A stretch of DNA of 64,000 bases from Paragordius varius (taxonomy: Eukaryota > Animalia > Nematomorpha). The stretch spans positions 9,672,001 through 9,736,000 of the forward strand of contig OZ176051.1 of assembly GCA_964247055.1 (NCBI GenBank). The letters are read 5' to 3'. The notes under the pieces were generated by a model, which saw nothing but the letters and a program-made list of their open reading frames with translations, searched no databases and was not told where the DNA came from. Below are positions 38,852 through 50,995 of the stretch, piece by piece. Made by a program: the position numbers and the translations under genes. Every line of letters begins with the position of its first letter. The first letter of the stretch is position 1.

Positions 38852-41249
38852 ATATCAGGGGTGGCCAAACGGTAGACCGCTGTCGATTTCGTGCCCGCCT
38901 GAAAATTTTTAAAATAAAAAAAATATTTTTGCAATTTTTTTTCACGAAATAATTTTTTTTTATTTTTGATTTGCAATGTGCAATTTTTCTGAGATATTAC
39001 ATCGAATAACTAAATGCGATTTTAGATCTTTAATTGTGGATATGAATAATTTTTCCTCTGTAATAGATATATTTGTAGTAAAAATTGTCTTACTCTTTCT
39101 AAAAATGCAGCACGATTTAACCATCTTACATCTGTAAAAAATTGCGGCACGATACTTTTTTCGATTTAATGGGATTTACTATCTTGAAGCTTATGTCCGT
39201 TATTTAAAAACATGGCATGCAGTAATCCATAAAATCTGGTAAATTATAAAGATCTTTGCAAGAGCTAAAAAACCATTTTTTACTTCAATCTTGACTCCGT
39301 CGCAAGATGTCAGTTAATTATCAATTGTAAATTTAATAAATTGGATAAAATGTTTTAGTATGTGTACTGCGAGGTCTTCTGAATCATCGCAATAGTATTT
39401 TGATAAAATTATGATTTTATATAAAAAACTACTCAAAAATAAGTATTTTTGTGATATTTATTTTGAAATGGCTTCTGCTAACCCCAACGTTAATAGAGAT
39501 ATATATTTGTGTTAAAGTAAATGAATCTTTTAATGCCTAATATTCATGCGTGCCCGCGGGAAAAAAGGTTGGCCACCCCTGATATATGTATATCCATTTT
39601 TTAAAAAAAATTGGGTTTAAATAATATTTATTAGACATTTAATATATGATTTAATTAAAAGGCTTTATGTTTATATTAAATTATCACATCTTTATAACAT
39701 AATCGCATAACACTAAAATCCAAATAAAATAAGCTTTAGAGAAATAATATATTTTTTGAGCTTTAAAATATTTCAGATCCTTTACCGTTGGTATTTTGAG
39801 GCCAAATTTGATAGGATGTTATATTTCACAATTTACATTAAATTTAACTTATATTAATATTTTATAATATCACTCATGTGGTAAACAGATGTTATAGAGT
39901 TTTTGGCTGCTTTATATAGCGGACACAGTCACGACACCGGTTGAATCCTAGTTATATAATCGGATCTTATGGAAGTTTTGCAACAACTAGTTTTGTGAAA
40001 AAAACTAAAAGTTGGCCCCTAAAAATGATGTGAAAATGTTATTAAAATTTAATATTTTTATAATACATTTTATGTAAAATTTTATATTTAAAATTAAAAT
40101 ATAGGGAAATATTATATAACAACTTAAAAGTTGCTTTATAGTCAAAAGTTAATAAATAATGCATGGAGGAGCTGTTATTTAATGTATATGTATTTTATTT
40201 TAATCTTTATTCGTTATAGGTTTAATCAACCATGGAAATTTTATATAGTATTCATCCATTTTCCCATTGCCAAAACTTTGGCAAATTTTTCTTTTGGAAT
40301 TTACGCTACTTTTGCCCTCAGCCAAATGATAGCTGTATCCTTTCCTCATTACTATCGCCATCATTTTACCCGCAAAAAAGTTCAAATCTTTATTATTTTT
40401 TGCTTTTTTTACTATCTTTTTTGGTATATTCCTTCTGGGTGGTGGTTTGAAATTGTAACTATCTCAAACATTTGTGGTACGGATCCAAATTTAACCCTAT
40501 ATTCAAGACGTTTTACGCAATATAAAACGGCACGTGAGCGAAGGAGTTGGATAGCTTACGGTTTTATGCGTGAAATATTGACCAAATTTATCCCAATCAT
40601 AGCAGTGCTAGTTCTTAAATACTCGTCACTTAATAAACGCAAACGTATGTTTGGGGGAGGTACTCGAGTAGCCCCGACCCCTGTACAGATTATACCACCC
40701 ATATCGGGTGTCATGTCCCAAGCCTATGTGATAGACGTAGTTACCCTGCCCAAGGATCAAAAGGAAGAGGAAGCAGTTTTAGCGAATTCCAGTGGTGCTT
40801 TAAATGTCGATATCCCAATCTCTAAACCAGGGTCTCCAACCACACCCAAATTTTTTAAGGATGATGTTGGGGATGGAAATATTGATAGATTAGACAAAAT
40901 GGCGGATAGTTTACCAGCTGTTAGTGGAGTTGCTCCAACGTCCATTATTACACCGTTTGTTGCGGAAAAAATTAGAAAACGGGAACGAGAATATCGACTC
41001 AGTCTCCGTATGTTAGGTATCATGATGTTTGAATTTGTGATATTTTTGCTACCAGTTTCATTCTTTTTGTTGACAGTTGATTTTTATGATTACCTTTTGA
41101 CATCCAATATGTCAGAGATAGCATTTACCATATGTACTTTATTTGAATATTCATACGTTTCATTTACATTCCACCTTAATTATATCTTCAACCCGGATTA
41201 CAGAGTAAATGTCCACCAAGCACTCCAAAACAAAATCATTGAAAACTAA
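36246..41249 (+). CDS. Tandem paralog of the upstream GPCR, 457 aa, exons 36246-36589 and 40220-41249
   Basis: ILGNSIGLYASLQ..GYIRVYL.RV.YAINLVNA, HFPIAKT, YIPSGWWFE, ERRSWIAYGF.REI.TKFIP, EFVIFLLPVS, SEIAF.ICTLFEY.YVS.TFHLNY.FNP shared with paralog; same phase-2 intron position. Confidence 0.85.
38817..38855. repeat. (TA)n microsatellite at the hAT insertion site
   Basis: Visible TA run ending at the element TIR. Confidence 0.85.
38856..39581 (-). mobile_element. Internally deleted hAT (Buster/SPIN/Charlie-like) element in the GPCR2 intron
   Basis: TIRs CAGGGGTGGCCAA...TTGGCCACCCCTG; minus-strand remnant IVNPIKSK...TDVRWLNRAAFLERV resembles the hAT 'TEVRWLSRG' motif; 8-bp flanks only partly match (gtatatat/atatatgt). 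Confidence 0.8.
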
Positions 41250-42277
41250 CTTAATGCAAAAATTATAAAATTGAATAAATAAATTATAATAATAATATAT
41301 GAAGTAAATTTTACTTAACATATTGATTTAATAATTGCAAATTTTATTATATTTATTAAGATAATACCGAAAAGAAATTCAGGGGTGTGCAACGTATATA
41401 GCTTATGAGCCGCGCCTTTTCGACCCAAAAAATCTGGCTCTGACATTCATAAAATATGTTGGGTAGTGAAACAATATACGGTTTAATTAATCAAAATTTT
41501 AAACAATTCTTTCATATAAACAAATTGAACACTAATTTGATTTACTTAGCTAATTCTGGTCAAATATAAAATTAAAATAAATACTTTTTCAGATAAAAAA
41601 TTAAATTATTCTTGGTTGTTAAAATTTGCCCACAACATTGTTTTCATCGTAAACCTCATTTCTTTAAAATTTAAGTGGTCGCTTAGTCAAAAAATCTATT
41701 TTTTAATAGGTCATTATGAGGCAAAGCACATATTTAAAATATAAAGTATCATTTCGTTTAAAGTAGTTAAGAGTGCTTACTACAATATAAATGTGACGTA
41801 TACTAGGGGTTTAACGGAATCAATTTTTGTTTTTGTTATGGTGCAGTTGACTTTAAATAGTTTTTCATTTATTTTTGAACAGAAAATAATTGTTTCGTTG
41901 TGAAATGGTTTATTTTTCTTTATTTTCGGATAGTCTTTTACGATACAACAAGCTACGTAATGATGAAGTCATCATATTAAAAATATAACAATATCATATA
42001 TATTATCAAATGATAATATAAGCATATATAAGCAATTGCTCTTTGTAACTGTTTGTCATGTCAAATTGCTCCAAAAGCCAATATAATTTTTAGAGCACAA
42101 GTGAACTCCTAAACAAAAGAAAATAGGAATTCATTTGTGTTAATATTTTTTTAACTTCATAGACATCTATGGTGAGCGCAAACATACAAGTCAATTTCGA
42201 TTAATAACCTTAAAATCTAATTAATTCGATAAATGTATATTTGTGATCGTCAATTTTTATTGTATTAACTCACTTAC

Positions 42278-42343
42278 CGTATGATCTGCTTCATTTATAT
42301 TACAAACAAGTGATAAATAAAAAATTAGTACCCATTTTAACAT
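42278..42343 (-). CDS. Possible first exon of a small secreted protein (MLKWVLIFYLSLVCNINEADHT)
   Basis: ATG, hydrophobic signal-like stretch, perfect gtaagt donor; downstream exons not resolved. Confidence 0.25.
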
Positions 42344-42601
42344 GATTAGTCAATGTAAACAGTCAAAAACAATTTTTAGGCACATAAATTTTTTAATAAT
42401 ATGCCGACATTGACTGTTTTTTAACAACCGACATCAATAAGGTCTATACATATTAATTAGATTTACCCAAAAGGCTTTTTATTAGTTTTGAATTTATGTA
42501 CCCATTGACTTTAATGCATGGTAATACCATTTTGGGCAGAAAGATTTTAAGATTAAAATATTTCCCGCCAAAAAACCTATAAAAATTAAAAATAATGTTA
42601 A

Positions 42602-43098
42602 CACTTCGATTCCAATATCTAAATAACCCCCGTATTATATGTAAGTTGATAATTTTAAAAAAATACTGAAAGAAACGGTCCAAATTTAAATTAAGCTATC
42701 CTAATAGACTAAATCAGACAAATATCTAAATAAAATTCAGTTCTAAAATCCATATAAAACTACTTCGACGCCATTTTTTTACAACACTTTTGCAAAATAT
42801 TTAGCAACTAAAATTAAAGGTAATTTTTATTTAAATCTCGTTCATCATTAAAAGAAGCTGAAAAAGTGCTTCATTGTATTATTTTTAAATTTGACTAATG
42901 TACATGGAATGTTGACTAAACTTTATAGGTAATATCAAGTATATTTGAATAATTTTTATATTCGTTTCATAAATGTTATATAAGTACAAGCTAGTGCCAC
43001 GGCCAATTTATTCCATATTTTTGAAAGTATATAATTTTAAACAGGCCTGAGGTATCCAACAACCTCAATTTGGCAGGACCGAAAATGTGTTGTATCCA
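42602..43098 (+). mobile_element. Degenerate M1 copy
   Basis: TTAA|CACTTCGATTC start, aaactacttcgacgccattt interior, gtgttgtatcc end. Confidence 0.7.
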
Positions 43099-43149
43099 TA
43101 AAACAGATTACTATCAATTCATTCAAAGGACAATATTTTTATAATATAA

Positions 43150-45498
43150 CTAGCTGGCCCTGTCACTCTTCGCTCTGACGTAGCCTCACTGATAATTATT
43201 CTTTATAATTTACAATAAATAGAGGTAATGGAGATAAAAAATAATAAAAAAAATAATTAATAAAAAGAATGTCTTTAATTATTCTTTTACGGGTTTTCCC
43301 ATAGGTTTAAATATTGTTTACTCGAAATTGACCATATTTAAAGTGTCCCTTATTAAATTCAATATTCAATTATCCTTGTATTTATTTTAAGATTTTTGTT
43401 TTACGAAATCATGGTTAAAAGTTATTTTGAAATGTGTTCACACGGGATCAAGGGATATATAAATCGTTTGTGGTCCCTTTAAGGAAAGAATCATATCATA
43501 ACTATTCCCCAGAAATGTGTTTAATTAAACTCGTATGGCTTTTATTTTTAAAAATTCCCCAAAATTCCCCTTACCCGGTAGATCCCTACCCATAGAACTA
43601 TATGGAAAAAGCGCTGAGTTAAATTCGTTGCTTTATAGGGCAAATAGTTGGAATCATCTTTGATACCATCGTTTCATGTGTTCGAAAAAATATCGCAATA
43701 CTAAGGATGGCGTATTTTTAGGGCATAAACAACTTAAGGGCTAATAAAAAAACGCCAGACCGTAATTTTTACCTAGTTACGGGTAATATTTTTAGCTTTT
43801 AATGAGCTCATATGACTTCATAAATTTTCTGTAAATTAGCTCCAAAACAATGCGATTTCTATATAGTGGCGCAATTTTTGCCGGGTAACTCCTTACCCAG
43901 AGGCAGGTTTAAGAGCGTAGGGCAAAATTTTTGCCTTTATATGGGGAGTATCTGGAATTATCATGCATTCCATATGTTCCTATAATTCTAATACCTTTTC
44001 TAAAATTTGGCTCCAAAGGCGTGTTGTATAGATATGATAACGCAGTTTTACGCGGGTAGCCTTCTAACCAGGGGCGAAACAAAAAAACCTCGATTAAAAT
44101 TTTTGCTATTCGGGTAATACCTGGAATCATGATTGATTCCATATGCTTTGAAAAATTCCCTCAAAACCCATAAGTCATTCTATGGTGGCGCATTTCGAGT
44201 GCAAGGGCCTAATTAAGGGGTAATTTAATAAAACCGCTCTACCTAAATTTTTGCCTTTTTACGGGTAATATTTTAAGCCCTTATTGAACTCGTATGGCCT
44301 GATAAGTTTTTTAAAATTTGCCTCCAAAGTCACGCTGTATCGATATGATGGCGCAGATATAAGCGGATAGCACCCTACCGAGAGGCTAATATAATAAAGA
44401 CGTTCGATATAAATTTCCTATATAGGGGAATACTTAAAATCATCTCATTCTATATGTTCTTAATAGTTTTTGGAAGAATGGCTTTAAAACTAAATAGTTA
44501 AATGATAGCGCATTTTTTAGGGCGTAAAGGGCCAAATTAGCAGTTAATATAAAAAATCCGCTAAACTTAACTTTTTGCCTTTTTACTGGTAATATCAGGC
44601 CCTTATTAAACCTATGAGCCTGATAAGTTTTCTGAAAAAAAACTCCTAATCAACGCAATTTCAATATGGTGGCGCAGTTTTAGGCGGTTAGCTCACTACC
44701 CAGAGGCTGATACAAAAAAAGCGCTTGGTTAAAATTTTTGCCTTTTTAGGGAGAATACCTGGAATCATCATTCATTCCTTATGCTCTCAAAATAGTTTTT
44801 GGAAAAATTGTCACAAAACCAAAAAATCATTCTATGGTGGCGCATTTTTCAGGTCGTGAAGGGGCTAATTAACGGTTAATTTTAAAAAAACGCACGCCTA
44901 AATTTTGCCTTGCTATGGGTAGTATTTTAAGGACCTATTGAACTCATATGGACTGTAAGTTTTCTGAAATTTAGCCCCAAAGGCACGGTATTTCGATATG
45001 ACGGGTCAGTTTTTAGCGGATACCTTACCCGGCAGCCAATATTAAAGAAACGCTCGACTAAAATTTTTGCCTTTTAGCAGGGAATAAATTTTTACGGTCT
45101 TATATTTTGGGCGAAAAAAGGATTCAAAAAATTATTGTTATAAACTTAATTTTAAAAAAATGACATTTTACGGGGGAGCGGGTAAAAAGAGAGCCTAAAT
45201 TAAAAATCGAGACGACTATGTTCGGCGCAATCGAAAGAAAGTAAAAAAAAATTATTTAAAATCGAATGATCCAACACGTGTTCCAAAAAATTGTCTATGC
45301 GATTTTTGTGGACCTCTGTTTTCAAAAAAAACGTTTTTTACACGGGGTGGCGAACTGGAGGCCTAATTAAAAAAGGGCGAAGATTGTCTGCGCTTTATTA
45401 ATGATTATATTTTTTCGACATTTGGATTTGAATGGGTCTACTGGTTTTCCAGAAACAGATCACCAATCCACCACTTGTCATTTTTATAAATATATATG
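43150..45498 (-). mobile_element. Non-autonomous Helitron-like element (family H) with internal tandem array
   Basis: Minus-strand 3' end gtca-gagcgaagag-tgac (decayed hairpin)..gggccagCTAG|T at 43150; 43570-45498 colinear with 31985-33729 with about five units; assignment of 43150-43570 to the same element is inferred. Confidence 0.65.
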
Positions 45499-45865
45499 AA
45501 TAATGGACTTCTTATAATTTTTTGCTGAACTTTGGATATAAGACGTTTAAAATGCATAATTTTAGCAATTCGCTTAACAGATAATGAGCCACGTGTTGGA
45601 ATATTTAAATTGAGTTGGTAAAGGGATCATTTGATAAATGGTAAATTAATTTAAAAACTTTTGGTTATCATGTGTATTTAAATATCAAATTTTATAGTGT
45701 TTGCAACTAACTATAAATTAATTCTGAACAGAGTCATTTCACATTGAAACAATAACACAATTTTAGAAAATTAAATCCTGGATGCATTAACAAACAAGTA
45801 ATACCTGCGATGTTTTTGAAAAATGTACTTGAACAATATTGTGCACAGCTGTAATTTTTAATAAA

Positions 45866-48800
45866 ATGGACGCTATTATGGATCAACTTTTGACGGCATA
45901 TAATTTAGATAAATCTTCAATAATATCTCCGTCGGATACAATTAGTATACTAAGTGAAAATTCACAAACTACCCATTATATTCCCACACCGCATGATAAA
46001 TCTTTGTCACCCAATTTTATTACGCTTGGTTCTGTGGATTATAGAAATTATTTCATGAAATTCAAAAATAATATACCGGCTAAATATTCTAATTTACGAT
46101 ATAAATGTCCGGGATGTTCCCTATCCTTCAATACTCAATCCGTGCTCAATTTTCATTTTGAAGTTAGCAGCTACAAGATACATTTATCCTACTACGATGG
46201 TAAATTGGAGGAACGTATCTTTCAAAATCATTGTCAAATGGTAGCATATCTAAAGTCTCAGTTCAAAAAAACTGGATGGCACATTAATATCCATTCTGTT
46301 TCGTTTCCAAAAATCAATGATCATCTACCTATCGATTGGTCTCCTTTAATAGATAAGGTAGATTGTATTTCATTCAATGATCTTCAACCTTATACAAAGC
46401 ATCTTAATGCTACCAGTCTTCGTATTCTTGGAAACATTGTAACATCTCCCAATTCATGTTCTAGCTACATCGGTACACCAAAGCTTAAAAGTATTAATCC
46501 AAACACTGGCATGCTATCTAATTCTGAAATGTCTTTAACAGAAATTTCAAACACATTAGTTGAGGAGGTTTTGTCAACAATTTCCAACTATCCCAAAACT
46601 AAAAGTAAGTTTCGCATTGACACATATATTTTTAATTCATATCATTTTATAATGAAACCTCAAAAAATTTTAATCAAAAGTGATTTCCAAATAATGCAAT
46701 ATAATAATTTTTGTACACAACACTTATTTCATTATCTTTTGATTTGAAATGCATATCGCGGTGTTTTATATCCATATTATAATTAAAAATATAAATATTT
46801 TTGTATTCTCGATTCTAAAATTTTGTCAATCCAATTAAAATGAACGGCTGATTTTAAATATCAATAGGACCTGGATTGTTGTTAAATCTATAATCACAGA
46901 AAAAATTTTGCGCTAAGTTTGAGAAGATGGTAATTTAATATTGTTTAAAATATTTTGAATAATGCATAAAATAATTCTAGGGTAGAAAACTACCTTAACA
47001 CTCCAAGCTTTTGGGGTAGTTCTATATCCCAGAGCGATTTAAAATTTGAATATCTTAAAGCGTTTAAGCTATTAAGCCGAATTAAAAATATGCTTTCTTC
47101 AGTCTTTTAGGCGCATTATACAAATTTTTTTTTAAAAAAAATGAAATTGTAAAAAATCCTTATCTCAAACTTTTTTGCCGCCTTTCTTCTTATAATTTTT
47201 TTACTAATCACTATTGCAACGACAAATACATGTATAATATGCTTTGAAAATGTAAATAATTAATAAAAAGCTTTCAGGCTACATTTTACCAGTAAAATAA
47301 TTTTAATATTAGCTGTTGTTTTAATCGTGTTTTCGAGCTGTCCCAATTTTAGACTCTAGAAATCATAAAACTGTAAAAATTAAAGTTTTTTATCTAATTT
47401 TACAAAATTGAGCTCTGGGATATAAAACTCCCCAAAAGGCAAACTGGGACAAAAAAGTGAAAAGGTAATGGAGTGTTAAAGGCAATAAAGGTTTTAAGTT
47501 AAGCATGTGGTAATGTTAGTTTTTTTCTCAGATATTTGTTTGGAACTAATCAAAGTTTTTTTAATATTAACATCCACTTTGTTTTGAAAAATTATAGATT
47601 TGACAAATGTTCATACGTAAATTTTTTTTAATTAAATATATTTTATTTTAATTCTTTTCAAAATTTAGATCCGGTGGAAAAAATTCATTTTGAAATTTGT
47701 TCGAAATGTACCGTGCCATTTACAAAGAGCGCCGCTCTCAAGGCCCACCTCTCCACCCATTCCATCCATACGGGGCAAGTGTTGAATGGTGCCAAATCTA
47801 TAAGTTGTTCCACTTGCAAATTGCAATACCCATCAAAGTTTGATTTTATCAAACATTTGGCTCAAAGTTTGCTCAATCTCTATGACATGGAACACAATCT
47901 TAATGCATGTGGTTTAACCATGTGTCAACGCCTATTATTCAAGTGTCCGGCTCTCATCAATTCAGCCTCAGTCAACAACGAAAACAATAATATGTTTGGG
48001 TCTGATGATAGTTTAGTTCGATTCTATACATTGTCAGATCTCGTGGCTCTGGATCAAGTTAGTTTACCATCGGGTAATTATCAATGCTGTTATTGTTTCA
48101 CCTTTTTCAAAAGTTTGAAAAAGTTAACTCACCACCTATTGTTGTGCTGCGCATGTGATAACCGTTGTGTTATTTTCCTCATTTGTCCTCTTTGTTGTAG
48201 CCAAGGTGTGGAGAATGTCCAGAAATTATTGGGCAAAAAATCTCTTCGGGTTGTTAACTCCAATATTAATCATCAATCCTCACCATCATATTCATACGTT
48301 TTTGGGCCTTATTCATCTAGCCTGTGTGTCGCCTTAATTGAACATTTAATGCGGGACCACAGCAGCGATCCAGATAAATGTGACACCAACTGTGTAACTA
48401 AAACACAAATGGAGCAAGAGTTAGCGCAACAACTCACAACCCTGATAGATTGTCCGGCACATTGTAAGATATGTGGCAATTTTTTTCAAGATGCTACATT
48501 ATTAGCTAATCACCATGTTTTATGTCACAATCAAATACGACAATCTGAAAAAAATGACAGTCACAATAAACTTAACGGAGATGTATCGGTGAAAAAAAAG
48601 TTCAACAAATCATCACCGGTTAATCATCGATCAAATCTCCTAAAGTTATCCAATCAAACAGGGACGAAAAATTACATTGATACTAATGTCGAAAATGACA
48701 AATCTGCTCCAACTATAAATCTAAATGAACTTATAAATGACATTCTTTTGCACAGTACAAGCGACGATATTGATAAAACAACCCAAAATCAAAGTACAAT

Positions 48801-50245
48801 TTACGAGCATGACATTGATACCATAGCTCTTTTAGAAAACCGTGATCCAGTCGGCAATATATTTAATATTGGCTTGGTAGATGATTTTGTGTTGGATGTA
48901 TTAACAGCCGAACAAGTATTTAATGCTGTAAAAGCGATAAATACTACCCCCAAAAAATCAGTTGGCAGGAAAAGGAAAAAAGACATTACGCAAAAAACAT
49001 CTCAAAATGGGTATTATCCTAACAAAAAAGTTGTTTTCAACACAGACTATTTGTTGAATGATAATGACATATTTGATAATATTTTTGATGATTTAAAACA
49101 TTCAACCGATGCCATAATCAAAAATATGGCCCATGATAATAACCCAGTGCATAAATCAAACAATCAAGTTATTACTAGGCCCCTCCCTCCCGCCGATTGG
49201 ACATGTCTAGTGTGTCAACTTAGGTTTCAAACCCAACTTGATTTAGTCATTCATGGTGCCAAGCATATGGCAAATCATTCATTTATGTGCTTTCTCTGTA
49301 ATATGTTAAATTTTAGTTCACAAGAAGCTTACAACTCACATTTACACACATACCATAAATCAGTTATCAGGTAAAAAATGTTACATATCGCAAAGTTATA
49401 TTTATGGGTTAAGCTCAACGGTCAATTATAATTGAATTAAACTTAATTTTCTTAAAGTTATAATTGACTAGCGTTAGACTTAGATAAATCTTGAAAATAT
49501 TATATGTTCCTTCATCGAAACAGATATTTTAAATGATTTTACAGGAAAGTTTCTGAGGGAATTAAACCAACCTGGCTTCTGTTGTTTTAAACATCCTTAT
49601 GGTTAATTCAATATTTGCTTTAATTTTTAATGTTAAAATTTTTACTCCTTTATTAAAAATTTTATTCAAAAATATATTAATAATCTTTTTTACAAAAAAA
49701 ACCTGCATAAGTTACTCCTATCGTTACATATATGCCTGCTAAAAGGCCACAAATCGGCAACGATTAAATTTTTATCAATCATTTTATGTTTATGCTTATC
49801 ATTATATATAAATTCTAGTTGTTTCCATTGCACAAACACATTTATGACTACGCCAGATTTGTTAAAGCATTTGTACACGGCTTTCAACATTCCACCACCA
49901 ATCAAATGTTCCATCTGCAATTTAGAAATCTCAATATTTGCATTTAATTCTAATCTTACTGATAATGAAATTAATGGGGACAAACTGGTTACTCCCTTAA
50001 CTCGATTCCCAACAACATCTAATGATGGGGACAACAGTTTAAAGATTGCACATATTTCAAAGTTTCATCCAAATGGGCATGGGCATACAAATTGGACCAT
50101 TTATCCTTGTTGGATTTGTCAAGAGGCTTGTTTTTCCACTGATACGGACCTTAAAAGGCATCTTTTAACGTATCATTCGGAAATGGTTACGGCCTTTGAG
50201 GATATCCTTGATTCACTTATAAGCATTAATAAACTTAATTCATAA
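45866..50245 (+). CDS. Multi zinc-finger (C2H2 and atypical) protein, ~955 aa, exons 45866-46604, 47669-49370, 49819-50245
   Basis: YKCPGCSLSFNTQSVLNFHF, ICSKCTVPFTKSAALKAHLSTH, HCKICGNFFQDATLLANHHVLCH, WTCLVCQLRFQTQLDLVIHGAKH, FMCFLCNMLNFSSQEAYNSHLHTYH, YPCWICQEACFSTDTDLKRHLLTYH; splice phases match; 5' end uncertain. Confidence 0.8.
46999..47474 (+). mobile_element. piggyBac-like MITE family M2, complete ~476 bp copy in zinc-finger intron 1
   Basis: TTAA|CACTCCAAGCTTTTGGGGTAGTTCTATATCCCAGAGC ... GAGCTCTGGGATATAAAACTCCCCAAAAGG-spacer-AAAAGGTAATGGAGTG|TTAA. Confidence 0.85.
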
Positions 50246-50995
50246 TAGCTAACCGGTTTTTATTAGATAGTTAAAATCTTTTATATATGGCAATCTCGTT
50301 GAATCTATATACTTAAATTTTATAAAAAAAACAATATAAATATCAGATCCATTTCCATATTTTTAAATATGTTGTCGGTGTCAGATTATAAAATAAATAT
50401 ATATGAATTATTTTTGATCGAAATAGTCACTCAACGATATATGGTTAAATATTGTGATTACATTTTATACATTATCTCATTTTATACTCTAATTATATAT
50501 ACATATAATATTGCATTTATTTTGGAAATATTAGCACCACCCCGTAATTATTTCAATAAATTATAAGCAAATTATAATTGTGCTTTAGTCGTTAAAATAC
50601 AACATTAGTCAATAAATCATGCTACTTTTATTACAAAATGTTACACATAATGAAAAGTATTTTATGTGGATATATTTAAAGAGGGAAAATATAAAAATTT
50701 GGTATAGTAATGAGTATTAATACAATGAGAATACTGAACATCCAGATAGGTAAAGTCTGACCGGCTAGTCAAAACTCTTAACATATGTTCATCACATGAT
50801 CAAAATTTATATGAAATTTTAAAACCAAAAATGACTGCATCATTAGTAAGACTAGTTATTAAACTTTACCGGTCAAAAACTTAACCTTACATGTTGTATG
50901 CTTGATTTACAATTTTGATAAGATATAACAAATATTTTTTCTATTTAAAAAAAATGTCATCATATCATGTGAAAAAAAAGGTTTAAAGCATATTA

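Noticed and set aside
41390-41440. hAT element starting CAGGGGTGTGCAAC
   Set aside because: No matching right terminus found; at most a solo end
34846-50034. Antisense or alternate-frame ORFs (34846-35085, 40200-40385, 40757-41023, 48155-48337, 48801-48986, 49690-50034; also 2141-2431, 2175-2360, 10570-10755, 22384-22587, 52694-52921)
   Set aside because: Shadows of real exons on the other strand or frame; no independent support
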